From positions 988,066-1,052,065 of the forward strand of contig JAQGDQ010000011.1 in the NCBI GenBank assembly GCA_030141605.1: a stretch of DNA of 64,000 bases, in the 5' to 3' direction. Origin of the DNA: Tubiluchus corallicola. Lineage: Eukaryota > Animalia > Priapulida. The notes under the pieces were generated by a model. It saw only the letters and a program-made list of their open reading frames with translations, was not told the DNA's origin and searched no databases. The number at the start of each line of letters is the position of its first letter. Position 1 is the stretch's first letter. Shown here one piece after another: positions 28,266-40,763 of this stretch. The translations under genes and the position numbers were made by a program.

Positions 28266-28664
28266 ATGCATATAACCCGATCGATTGAAATTGATGAAAT
28301 GTAAAAAGGCCGAACCGGAAAACGCATTTTAACGACAGTATTATTATAATTGTTTTTGTAGCTCTAGGACTACACAAGTTCCAGTTTGTAAACTAATAAA
28401 CCTTTTCGCAATTATAGCGATTGACGATGATCGTGTAAAGGCCAACGGTTAAGTGTGCCAGACAACGCATTTGTGTACGCATTTGACAACGTCTCGCAGC
28501 CCATGCTATTGTAATAGTAACAATTTTAACATGTTTTAACAGCTAGCTACAACCTTATCTAGTTTATTTTTTATTGTTCCCAGGCAAGATCCTACTAGTA
28601 AAACACGTAAAACAACTGGCGTTACTGAACTAACGCGGCAGACAACTCTTTGCTTTACCCACAA

Positions 28665-28740
28665 GTCACGTGACGGCTGTAGTTAAGACGCGTTGCTGTG
28701 GTACACTTAACCTTTGACCTACAGCGACTGCGCATGCGCA
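28665..28740. promoter_or_regulatory. GTCACGTGAC E-box and perfect TGCGCATGCGCA (NRF1/ewg-type) palindrome; possible promoter
   Basis: Motifs at 28665-28674 and 28729-28740 in a CpG-richer patch upstream of the dispanin exons. Confidence 0.3.
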
Positions 28741-29388
28741 TAGCGAGACTGTGAAAAGGCTTATTGTGGGATTCATTTTCGTACTCAGATGGCATCCAAT
28801 AAAACAATGCTGCGTGACTAATTAACTACGTTTGCTAAATTAACGAAACCATATTTTGCGAAAACTACAACAGTGCTAAACGAATAGAAAGACAGTGTAT
28901 GAGTCATGATGAATATAAGTGAGTCAAGAAGAAAAAATTAGTCCGGCAGATTCACTCATATTAGAATTCGTAAAATCACTTTGCTCCCAATAAAATCATT
29001 TCCCCTTCTAGCGAAGCTCTGCCCACGTACCCGAAGAAGATGGAATTTCCTTACATAATTTCACAACAAATGCCATGGAATTTATAAACACGATCTCTCT
29101 TTATTAAGACTTGTGAGAAACTAGCCGTGTGAAAGGCCGCTATGATTCCAGCTTTTATTAATTTGCTTTTTCGGCGGCCGAAGTTAAATAACGCTAAGCC
29201 TGGTTAAGAAAGGCTTGTTGTTGCTTAAATTAAATTAACTTTAAGTAGGTTATTATCCGTCTTGCTCATTTTCATAATAACATAATTATTTTAAAACGTT
29301 TTTCATTAAATAGACAATGGCTGATTTCCGTTTCTTTTATAACTTTTTAGCTTGGCTACCCATACAGTTCACGCACACTCAAGCGTGT

Positions 29389-29815
29389 TGTTAAGGTTCA
29401 TTATGTAACAAATCACAAAATTCGTCATTATTTAAAAAACTGTATCATTACGTAACAATCATGATGCAACAATTTTTGCGTCATTACGTAACAATCACTA
29501 TGTAACAAACTAATGAAAGGTTGGTCTGGTCTGTGGACAGGCCTTAGCGTGGTACGAGTTTGCTCAAATTTTTGAACTAGGTCAGTTCTTTCTGTTTTAG
29601 ATGTGGGTCTGGCTGTGGTCTGTGGTTTGGCACGGCCTGATCTGGTGTCAGGTTTTCACTGGTATAATGCTTTATTTTTGTTACATAGTGATTGCTACGT
29701 AATGCCGCAAAATTTGCTACGCAGTAACGAATTTTGGGATTTGTTACATAATACAGCATTTTTGTTACATAATGCTACATTGTCACATAATGAGCTTACA
29801 TAATGAACATTAACA
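29389..29815. mobile_element. Fold-back non-autonomous DNA transposon with TGT...ACA ends
   Basis: TGTTAAGGTTCATTATGTAA / TTACATAATGAACATTAACA termini and multiple internal CATTA(C/T)GTAACAA motifs in inverted orientation. Confidence 0.7.
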
Positions 29816-30085
29816 GGTCTATTAGCCTTTGTCACTAGCAATAATGTATAACGGCATTACATTTGTGAGCTGATGCCGCGACGCGTGTCGATGGCGCCAA
29901 TAATTTTGGCATCAAATATTCAACCGTAAAATCACAAGGGTTCATAAACATCAAACAAAACGTGGGATCGCTAAAATGGAGTACATCTATGACATACAAT
30001 GAAGGTCGCAAAGAACAACAACTGAAGAAGCTAATTAAAGTAATTAATTATAGTTTTGACGCTCTCATTTGAAACGCAACGAATA

Positions 30086-31055
30086 CCGTAAAACGGGGTG
30101 AGTTCGCCACTTTTTAGGGGTATTTTTTACGTTTCCTGCCATAGCAAGAGAATTACCCAACCGATTTTCTTAGTTCAAGCTTTATATTGCCTTTCGAATG
30201 AAACACTATCGTGGGGTGAATTCGCCACTAACAATTTAATACTGTTTAATGCCATTCTAGGCAACTGAAGTTAACTGGTTGTGATTGGCTGGTTGGGGGT
30301 GAGTTCGCCACCCTATGAAAAAATTATGAAAAATGTCTAGTTTTAGTTTTCAAATAGAAACTTCCACGTTGGCAAGGAAGGCTTGAACGTCTTGTGCACT
30401 GATCTTATCGCGGGCGCCCTTGATGTTGCCAGCCACTCTGAAAACCAGATTGTTCCTTCGGGCGAATGATTTGACAAAGTCTATTCCAGGGGTGTTTGCC
30501 TTGAATCGTCGTTCCTGGATTCCCTTCGCGTCAAGAACACTCTTAATCAGTAGTCGGAGATCGATGGCAGTCATTGGGAACCCCCGGTCAGCGGCCACTT
30601 GGAGTGTTGGCGATTTCGTGCTCCTCGGCGGCGGAGAACACTGGCTGACCTCCGGTCTTCCGCGGATGACTTCGTGAGAGTTTGCCAGAAAGGGTCTTTC
30701 TTGGAACTCCGAATTGCTTCGCCGCTGCGCTGATTGTCCTGTTGGTATTCTTGACGGCATGTAGGGCAGCTTCCAGAGCTTCTGGGGTATAATTTTGGTA
30801 TCTATGACCCGGTACAGGGGTGCAGGTGCGTGGCATGTTAAGTAGCCAGAAATAGTAGACAAGTAATATGTAGCGCAGAATGGAGTACTTCTAGTGCGAA
30901 TTGAAAGAAGATAACTGTCGCAAACTGCTTATAATTACGGTGATCATGACATCTGTTCATTAAACACTGAACAATAGTTACAGCAAACCTACAATGGCCA
31001 TTACGTAGGGTGTGGCGAACTCACCCTCGGGTGGCGAACTCACCCCGTTTTACGG
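30086..31055 (-). mobile_element. Internally deleted pogo/Tigger-type (Tc1/mariner superfamily) transposon
   Basis: Perfect TIR CCGTAAAACGGGGTGAGTTCGCCAC, TA TSD (30084-85, 31056-57), extra subterminal GGTGA.TTCGCCAC copies. Confidence 0.9.
30350..30836 (-). pseudogene. Truncated, frameshifted pogo transposase (HTH_psq plus CENP-B HTH, no DDE domain)
   Basis: YTPEALEAAL...ISAAAKQFGVPRKTL (psq HTH), then a frameshift into ADRGFPMT...PGIDFVKSFARRN (CENP-B-type HTH). Confidence 0.85.
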
Positions 31056-33419
31056 TAATTCAACGAATTACTTACAACTATTAAACTTATAATTATTAAA
31101 ACTGTGCAAAACATTTTAATTTAAAAAAATGAAAGTATTTTTCAGTTTTGAGTTGACCCGACATTTAATGCTTAAAGAATTACAAGCATGGATTATCTCA
31201 ACAGACACTATGATAGCTATGAAATAAGCCACTGCAGCTGTAATTCCAGGGCAAATAATCTAACAAAAACATATCCATTGAAGAACTGCTCCTAAAAAAG
31301 AGGCTCTCTGTACAACAACCACAGCTGCCTGCTGAAACACTTCAAGATCATTGACTTTGAAGATATCTCCTGGATTACCCGTTAAAGCTTTCGTTATTGA
31401 AGAGTTGCTGAGAGTGTAACTATGTCGTACTGTTCTAAAATTTTATCTGTTTATATGCATAATAAATAACCAAATCCCAACTAAAGATTAATTAAAACCC
31501 GATCAAAGAATCGAATGAAGCACACTTAATGAGAAAAATCGAACGAATGGTATAGGCAAAAAAGAGAAAAAACTATATACGATGCAGCTTATGCTTATAA
31601 TAGGACAAAAATTCTCAAACTTACTACTACTTACGTTCAGACATTCTGGAAATAGTAATTTTGTTTCAACAGAATTTAATCACAAACACGCAAAATCGCC
31701 ATTTTGATGTTTGCTACTTGGCACAGAAACTAGAATTTCTTACAATCAGAGCCCGGCATTTCGACCAGTGAAGCAAGTACGTATGTTTGGCAAGCGTCTC
31801 TTGCGGAGTGTAAATATAGAAAACCAGCATTCCAGGCTTCGAGGTTTTTATAATCAACCACAGAGCAAGCTTTGATTTCACCAACCAGGCTGAGTTAATT
31901 ATTAAACCAGCATGATAACGTACTAAGATACAGTTTTAGTATTGAAAGCAGAAGAAAGTTCGTAGATGTTGCGAAGCAGCACATGTTGGAGATCCAAGAA
32001 AGACAAATATACGCTCAATTTTAATTGGCTTCACAAAAATTAAACAATCATTTTCCGTTAGGCGTCGTATCTTCGCAAAAAAACGATCCATAAAAAATAG
32101 TCAAGTCAAATTAGGACTGATATTTTAATGCATTGGAAAACGTCATTGCGTCATATTATGTCACGTGGTCAATTTCACATTCAGCTAGAACACTTTGATC
32201 GGCACACAAATCTGTTACTCATGTAACGCACGCTAGAGCAAATTTCAAGTATTCAATTTGTTTTTAAGCTTTATCTTATAGTCACAATGTATAACTTAAT
32301 TAGCTTTCAAAAACGTTAAGTTGATAGCTAGGCCTAAACACAGCGTGGTCTCAATAGAAGTTAAACAATGTCGAGATTGCTTAAAATAAAAAACCCTGGT
32401 AAAATTAAAAAGATATTTAAAATTCTCAAGATGGATCGCTCTTAGGCCGACAAATTCTGGCAAAAGTTAGCATAAAATTTATTGCACACTGAATCATAAA
32501 TGGGAAATTAGACATGTCGGCTTAATTTTGGCTTGCTGCTTTAAATAAGATCAGCATTCAAATGAATTTTGCTTAAATTATAGCAAAACCAAATAAGATC
32601 TAACTACCCCCGTAGTGTCTGAAAAGTTAGAGGCAGAGCCGTCCACTTACTTTAGTTTAGTGGAAGGACCAGGCTAGAACTGGCTAGTAGTGACATCTAC
32701 TGATGCTCTTGGAAAACAATACGACGTCTTAACGTGAAATCAGCACCACTATGAATTATAGGAAAAAGAAACTAAGGCTGTTAACTTACGATTTTCTAAA
32801 CACACTTAGTTATTATCGGTATCAATAAAGCCCGTAGGTTTAACTAAAATCTCCTCTGATACATACTGAAATTTATTACCCATTTCATTGCTTGAACCAT
32901 GAAAATTAATGAAGCTCTCTGGGTGGCAGAAAAAACAACTTTATGACTGACATAGGGGATAGAATACAAAAAATAAAAGTGCCACACTTGCATCAGGTGC
33001 ACAATGAAAGAAAACAGTATACAATCAAAGTCACACATGTAACCCCATATAAAAGCCTACATACGCATATATGTCAGTGCATTTCGCAAATATACATAAT
33101 GAATATTCATATACATTCAAAAACTATGTTAATGTTCTCCATCTATAAGCATGATAAAGCCAAGCATTACATAACTGAATTGATGCCAGAATAGACAAAA
33201 ATGGCATTAGAAATGAAGCAATGTATGCAACCAGCCAACCACTAAAATTTAATTATAAAAGTAAGTTTAAAGGAGATCTAGGGCGTCCGCTAAGCCGTAA
33301 AAAGTCGACTTGACAGAGCATCTATTCAAATTCACGGTGATAAGAAACGTATTACCAATCAGTGAAACAAGTTTTGAAAATTTGATTGAGTCAAAAGATC
33401 CACAAAATAGCAAAGGGGT

Positions 33420-33815
33420 TGTTAAGGTCAGTTTCTGGCCTTAACATGTAGGTGGCAGCACCTATGGAACTTACCTGTAATTTTTACCTGTGAGGTGGTA
33501 AATTGGGTGCCTCGCTAAACACGCTGACACAAGGCTCAGCAAATGTTAAGTAATGTTTGATAATGTTTAAGTATAGTGTCTCTACCTGATTTGCCGTTAA
33601 CCTGTATGACGTTTCAAGAATCTATTAAGTTTTTTATAGCCACACGATGTAAGTAACATTTACTTTAATATCTTAAATTATAATAATCAATTTATTATAC
33701 ATTTGTATGCAGTGAGAAGCTGTCAAATTTATTATTTTCATTTTTTGTATATACAGAAATAAAGATTTCTGAGACACACTATGCCATGAAGGAAATTCTT
33801 TGTGTTCCCGTCACA
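33420..33815 (+). repeat. BEL 5' LTR
   Basis: Direct repeat of 39421-39816; two differences seen (33596 G/39597 A; 33783 G/39784 T). Confidence 0.95.
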
Positions 33816-34467
33816 TTTATTTATCAAGGCTATATTGGAAATAATTCAACGTCAGCCATAACCACCTGAGGTTTCATGCCATCGAACCGCCCAAGTTGAT
33901 CAAGGTCAGGAAGCCTACACCACAGGTGTATAACTGCATGCCGGAAGTAGGACAGGAAATGCGTCTACGCTTCTCAGGCCTGTATTATGTGAATTGCCTA
34001 TTGCCAAGATTTTTAAGAACTGTATCAGTATGGTGAACTGACCTGAAATACCAACCTACTGCATAAAATTATTGCGTTAATTTTGCGCATAAAGTTATTA
34101 AGCCATTAAGACTTGTAAGATTCGCTTGGGCTGTTTAGTATTGAAGTATTGAAGGTTTAATAGTATTAAAGTTTTGAAATATTCACAGCCATACCAATTA
34201 AGATTACATTTTATTTTCGACTTGGTATTATTTCAATATGTTAGTGTAGAGAATAAGGTGAATTTCTACACTGTCAGATAATGCTTTGATTTGTTGTACA
34301 GTTTACCTAATTGCCTAAATACGAGTAGTACAGTGCAGTGCATAAAAAATTAGACCATATGTTATCGTTGCTATTTGACTACATGGATTTTTATGCCTAT
34401 TTCACTATATTATCTACTTAGCTACTTGTATTATTTTACTGAATTGTGCTTTGCTGTATTTTGAAGC

Positions 34468-35287
34468 ATGTCTGATTTAGGTAAGAAAACTGTCCCTCAG
34501 TTACAGCGAATGCTTAAGGACAAATGTTTACCTGTTAGCGGTCGGAAGCAGGAATTAATTGATAGGCTGTTGCAGTGCGAAGGCGCAGCTTCCAGCTCAA
34601 CTGATGATGAAACGCAGCTAACACCTGCCGCTATACCTGACAGTGGGGACAAAGAGGAAAACTTACGCGAGCTAAGAAGCCACAGAACGCACAAAAGTCA
34701 AGTCTCCTCATTCACGTAGTTCAAAATCAATCACTGTTTCGGCAACAGCACAAAGAATGTCAGCTGAAGCGAAAAAGGCTGCTCTTATGATTAAGCAACA
34801 AGCACTTGCAGAAAAGGCAAAATTGCAGTTAAATGAAATGCAGCTCGAACAAGAAAAGCAAAAGTTAGTTTTGCAACAAGAACAGTTGAAGATAGCTACT
34901 GAAATTAAGCAAGCAGACGCTGAGGCAACTGTCTTTGCTCAGTTTGAAGCCGGTAGTCCACGTTCTTCCGAGGTCGTTTCCTTTGCTGACAAAAGAGAGC
35001 AAACGAGAGACTGGGTAGCAAATTATTGCCAAGAGCAACCAGGATGCAGTTCCTTGCAGGCAGAGCAACCAGGAAGCAGTGCCTTTCAGGCAGAGCAACC
35101 AGGAAGCAGTTCCTTTCAGGCACCTTTACGTGTCAAGCAACCTGAAATCAAAGGGAGTCCTCTGCCAGCAGTACAACCCCCTTACCAGTTTTATGGTTGT
35201 CCATTGCCTGGTATCGAGATAGAGAGTATTGTCGCTTCATTAAACAGTTTGAAACAACGGTTGAGAATTACACAAACATTACATTAA
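34468..35287 (+). pseudogene. BEL gag N-terminal remnant with SAP domain and coiled coil; rest of gag/protease deleted
   Basis: LGKKTVPQLQRMLKDKCLPVSGRKQELIDRL fits the SAP consensus; broken at ~34717; no zinc knuckles. Confidence 0.75.
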
Positions 35288-35329
35288 CGTTGCCAGATTA
35301 ACACTCCTTCTTCAGTTTTGCAGTGACAA

Positions 35330-38300
35330 AGTAACTTGGCCTTCTCATAGGGCAAGATGTGCCTGAAGCTCTCGCTCCAATTGAAATAAGAAAAGGACCT
35401 AAACATGCTCCTTGGGCATCGCTCAGTGTCTTGGGTTGGACCCTAAATGGACCACTTGGAACAACTGAAGCCGAGCATATCAGTTGTAACCTTAGCATTT
35501 TGCAGCCTGTAACACTGGAACAACAAGTAGAGCGATTCTGGCAGCTAGAATCTTGTGAAGATAACAGCCATAAACCTTCTGTCGAAGATGTAAGAACTGT
35601 TAACATCTGGGAACGATCCGCAACACTGACTGAAGACCACCACTATATGATGGATATCCCATTTAGAAGCGAATCTCCCGATTTGCCAAATAATAAAATT
35701 GTAGCAGAGAAGAGACTTGAAGGTTTGAAGAAGAAGTTTAAGCAAGATGAGGCCCTTCACAACAAATACTCTAAAGAGATCAGTGACTTGCTCGAAAAAG
35801 GATATGCTGAACCTGTAAATGAGAAAGCTGCAACCACTGATGGCAAGGTGTGGTATTTGCCACACTTTAATGTTAAAAGTGAGAGCAAGCCAGAGAAAAC
35901 AAGAGTAGTATTTGATTGTGCTGTGAGTTTTGCTGGCACAACATTAAACAAAATTGTAATGTAAGGACCTGATCTAACCAACAAGCTCCTTGGCGTCCTG
36001 CTCAGATTTAGAGAAGGTAAAATAGCAATCGCTGCTGACATCCAGAGTATGTTTTACCAGGTGAGAGTCACTCCTGCTGACATAGATGTACTCCGTTTCC
36101 TTTGGTGGCCTGGAGGCAATATAGAACTAAAACCTAAAATATACAGGATGACAGTCCATATTTTTGGCGGAATATGGTGCCCAAGTATTGCATCATATGC
36201 ACTCCAGAAAACAGCCATGGACAACAGAGCTTTGTACAACAGCACCGTGGTACAAACAGTTATAAGCAATTTCTATGTAGACGATCTTCTTAAGTCTCTT
36301 TCAACAACTCAGGAAGGTATTGCATTGATAGAAGACCTAACCAGTTTACTTCACCATGGTGGCTTCCATTTAACAAAATGGTGCAGCAATGACCGAGAAG
36401 TTCTCAACTCTATCCCTGCAGAAGAAAGAGGGAAATCAGTGAAGGATATTGATTGAGATAACTCTACCTTGCCTGTTGACCGTGTTCTTGGCATTGCATG
36501 GAACATGGAAACAGACCATTTTAGTATTCTTGTTAAAAAAAAGAAAAACCGATGACACGCCGTGGTCTTTTGAGTGTAATGGCTTCATCATATGATCCTA
36601 TGGGAATAATAAGTCCCTATGTTCTGCAAGCGAAGTTACTATTTCAGGAAGAAACACGATTGAAGAAATCCTGGGATGAACCTTTGGAGGATCATGTGAA
36701 ACAACAATGGAAAAGATGGTTAGAAGAACTTGACTTAATCAAAGATGTGCACCTGAGTCGGTGTTTTACACCACCAAACTTTGAAGCTGTTTCATACCAG
36801 CTTCATCATTTCTCGGATGCATCCGAAAGAGCCCTTGGAACTGTATCATATCTTAGATCAGCAAATGCTGCAGGAGATATCGTCTGTACATTTGTGGTGA
36901 GTAAAACAAGACTGACCCCCTTTAAGAAAGTCACTTTGCCAGCGGCTGTGCTTGCAGTAAAAGTTGATTCTATGGCACGGAAGGAATTAAGCATTCCTAT
37001 AGGTACTTCTACATTTTGGGTTGACAGCACAATTGTTCTTGGCTATATCAACAATGAAAGGGCCAGGTACAAAACCTTTGTGGCTAACCAGTTAGCTACC
37101 ATACACGGCTTAACAGTTCCCAGCCAATGGAGGCATGTCTCTGGAGATGAAAATCCAGCAAATGATGCATCGCGAGGTTTGTCTGCAAGAGATTTAATCA
37201 CGAATGTCAGATGGCTGCGTGGCCCAGAATTTCTATACAAACCTGAACCAGAATGGCCAGTTCAAACAGTTCTGCCCACAGTGGATAGTCACGACAATGA
37301 GATAAAGCAAAGTGTTAAAGTCTTATTGTGTGAAGCTAACCCTTCGAAGTCAGAAGCTACTGACAAGCTTATGGAATATTATAGTAGCTTCTACAAACTT
37401 AAAAAAGCAGTCACGTGGTTTTTGCGAGTGAAAGCCATTTTGAAGAACAAAATCGCAAAGATCCCATCCTCTCAATGCTATAATACAGAGATTTCTGTTT
37501 CAGAGTTGGAGCAAGCGGAAAGGGCGATTCTCGGCTATATCCAACGCCAACACTTTACTCAGGAATACAAAACCTTATCTGCAGGACAAGCTGTCTCCAA
37601 ATCGAGCAAGATAGCAAAGTTAAATCCTGTCCTGTCCAAGGACAACCTCATTGTTGTTGGAGGGCGACTTAGAAATGCAGCGCTACCTGAAGCTGCCAAA
37701 CATCCTGCAGTACTTCCTAAAGAGCATCATGTTTCAACCTTAATAATCCGTCATTACCATGAAACCAATGGTCACATTGGAAGAGAACATGTGCTCTCGT
37801 TAGTTCGCTCTGCTTACTGGATTATTCGAGGACGGACACTTACAAAGAAACTATTAAAAGATTGTCGTAAGTGCCGTCGTCTCTATGCACCCCCGGAGAG
37901 CCAGAAAATGGCAGATTTGCCAGCTGATCGTGTAGAAGGCACTCACGCTTTCGAATGTGTAGGTGTAGACTGCTTCGGAACCTTTTATGTTGTCAGAGGG
38001 CGTGCAAAAGCTAAGCGATATGGCTGCATTTTTACTTGCACCACCACTAGAGCAGTTCACCTAGAGATTCTACACACCCTCAAAACCAGCTCTTTCATTC
38101 AAGCACTGCAACGTTTCATAAGCCGAAGAGGTCCACCAAGACTAATCAGGTCTGATCAAGGTACAAATTTTGTTGGCGCCCAAAAGGAGCTTCAGAATTC
38201 TATAACCGAATGGAACCAAAGTCAAATTCAAAGCACTCTACGTCAGAAAAATATAGAATGGATCTTCAACCCTGCTTCAGCTAGCCATTTTGGGGGCTTC

Positions 38301-39367
38301 TTTGAGCGCATGATTAGAAGTGTAAGGAAAGTTTTAGTCAGTATCTTGGAACAGCAAACACTGGATGACGAAAGACTTAGTACACTATTCTGTCTTACCT
38401 TAGACCTTAGTCCTTCCTGCGCATTGATGCACATTGGGCAGACAGCATTTTCCACTGAGTTCTATCGGCGGCTTCGTTCTCTACGTTTTCCCAACGTCTG
38501 TTGACAGCTCGAAGGTCTTCTTTGAAGGATCTGCGCCACGTTGTTTTTGGCCGACCTCTTTTTCGTTTCCCACCAGGTGGTTCCCACTGTACTGCTGTTT
38601 TGGCGTAGCAACTTTCTGATAGACGGAGAATATGTCCAGCCAGTTTCATTCTTCTCTCTGTAACTATATCTTGTAACCGCAATGACTGCGCTCGTTGAAA
38701 AACTTCTACATTGGTGACATGGTCGCGGTAGGAGATTTTTATTATCTTTCGAAGGCAATTACTCCGCATCGCATTAGATTCACAAATTAAAAAAGTCTCT
38801 AGTCAAATTGCTGAACAGCAGCTGCAGGCTACATAAACCTTAGCAAAAAAACAAAACAAAACAAGAATTGCGACAAAAAATACTGTTTATATTTTATTGT
38901 GACATAAAGGTCAACTATTCTGTCTAGTAGAGGCCATTTTAAATAGCCGGCCCCTTACCATTGTTTCAGAAGATCCAAATGACTTAGAAGCTCTGACACC
39001 AAACCATTTGTTGCTGCTTCGACCAAATCCCACACTGCCGCCTGGCAACTTCGAAGTAAAGGACCAATACAAAAAGAAGTGGCGCCAAGTCCAGTACATG
39101 GCAGACTTATTCTGGACAAGATGGTATCGTGAATACTTGCCAACGTTGCAACTGCGAACAAAATGGTTACAAAGCAAAGAAAATCTGAAAGTTGGAGACA
39201 TAGTTTTGGTAAGCGATAATGTCCAACGAAGCCAGTGGATACTTGGGCGAATTACAGATGTCAAGACAAGTGATGATGGATGCGTCCGCTCTGCAACCAT
39301 AAAGACCAAAAGTACGCTTCTAACCCGATCTATACACAAATTATGTTTAATTGAAAAAGCAGATTAA
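35330..39367 (+). pseudogene. BEL pol (protease end, RT, RNase H, integrase, C-terminal domain), disrupted
   Basis: Stops at 35962 and 36454, frameshift in the A-run at ~36535-36550, LINE insertion at 38396-38913. Confidence 0.9.
38396..38913 (-). mobile_element. 5'-truncated RTE-clade LINE inserted in the BEL integrase
   Basis: NCLRKIIKISYRDHVTNVEV...RRMKLAGHILR...GKRKRGRPKTTW; CTAAGGT-repeat tail; 12-bp TSD ACTATTCTGTCT (38384-95, 38914-25); removing it restores [16 protein letters not shown]. Confidence 0.9.
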
Positions 39368-39420
39368 TTTTGTTATTCCTTTAGTGGGAAATGGCACTCA
39401 AGTCCCATTTAAAGGGGGTG

Positions 39421-39816
39421 TGTTAAGGTCAGTTTCTGGCCTTAACATGTAGGTGGCAGCACCTATGGAACTTACCTGTAATTTTTACCTGTGAGGTGGT
39501 AAATTGGGTGCCTCGCTAAACACGCTGACACAAGGCTCAGCAAATGTTAAGTAATGTTTGATAATGTTTAAGTATAGTGTCTCTACCTGATTTGCCATTA
39601 ACCTGTATGACGTTTCAAGAATCTATTAAGTTTTTTATAGCCACACGATGTAAGTAACATTTACTTTAATATCTTAAATTATAATAATCAATTTATTATA
39701 CATTTGTATGCAGTGAGAAGCTGTCAAATTTATTATTTTCATTTTTTGTATATACAGAAATAAAGATTTCTGAGACACACTATTCCATGAAGGAAATTCT
39801 TTGTGTTCCCGTCACA
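39421..39816 (+). repeat. BEL 3' LTR
   Basis: See 5' LTR. Confidence 0.95.
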
Positions 39817-40055
39817 GGGGTTGCTGGAATATGTTCAAATAGCAATGGAAGCAAGAAAGAGTAGAGGTGTCGAGCTGGAAATTTAGCAAAAAAACAAGAG
39901 TTAAAGTTTATTGCGTTACTTGCGTTTTGCACGATGACATTAATTTGTGCCTATTTAACCAGATAGTGTGGGACACTGCTGAGATATGAATCTAACTCGT
40001 TCTAACCTACAGTCGGCGCCGTTAGATGGAGCTGCAAAAATATTGTCATGGCTGC

Positions 40056-40763
40056 TTTGTGTGTAACATAGAGGAATCATTAAAATGATGAATTTCTTAT
40101 GCGATTCTGCATTTCTGACTTTGAAGTAATGCACAGATAGTGTATTACTATTCAGTAGTTTGTTAGTGTGATAACAATTGCAGTGTATGAATGTGCCTTG
40201 TTTCGGCGACTTATTTTACATAAGTACGACTTTGGCATGTGCTTGTGGGCCTTACCGTAATGCTGAGCACGTTGTGATTGGTCGTATATCAAAACATTTA
40301 CCAGCACCTGTATAAGCACAGAAGATTCATTGATCCCTTCTTGAATAGATATTTACAAAAAAACGGCTCTGCCGCCAATAATACGTCAAAGGTTTGTGTG
40401 TAACATAGAGGAATCATTAAAATGATGAGTTTCTTATGCGATTCTGCATTTCTGACTTTAAAGTAATGCACAGATAGTGTATTACTATTCAGTAGTTTGT
40501 TAGTGTGATAACAATTGCAGTGTATGAATGTGCCTTGTTGCGGCGACTTATTTTACATAAGTACGACTTTGGCATGTGCTTGTGGGCCTTACCGTAATGC
40601 TGAGCACGTTGTGATTGGTCGTATATCAAAACATTTACCAGCACCTGTATAAGCACAGAAGATTCATTGATCTCTTCTTGAATAGATATTTACAAAAAAA
40701 CGGCTCTCTTCTTGAATAGATATTTACAAAAAAACGGCTCTGCCGCCAATAATACGTCAAAGG
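40056..40763. repeat. Near-identical tandem duplication (337-bp unit; copy 2 has an extra ~34-bp internal duplication)
   Basis: 40056-40392 repeated at 40393-40763. Confidence 0.9.

Larger units (their letters stand above)
33420..39816 (+). mobile_element. BEL/Pao LTR retrotransposon, both LTRs present, coding-defective
   Basis: 396-bp LTRs TG...CA, 5-bp TSD GGGGT, PPT AAAGGGGG; pol motifs WYLPH, RVVFD, ADIQSMF, FYVDD, HHFSDAS, NPAND, IRSDQGTNF, GGFFERMI. Confidence 0.95.

Noticed and set aside
26263-31640. Candidate 5' exons for the dispanin gene (donors near 26263, 26955, 31636)
   Set aside because: Wrong phase or in-frame stops when joined to the 24525 acceptor.
33266-33419. TTAA-AGGAGA start suggesting the BEL element landed in a Kolobok-type element
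   Set aside because: No matching right-hand terminus found.
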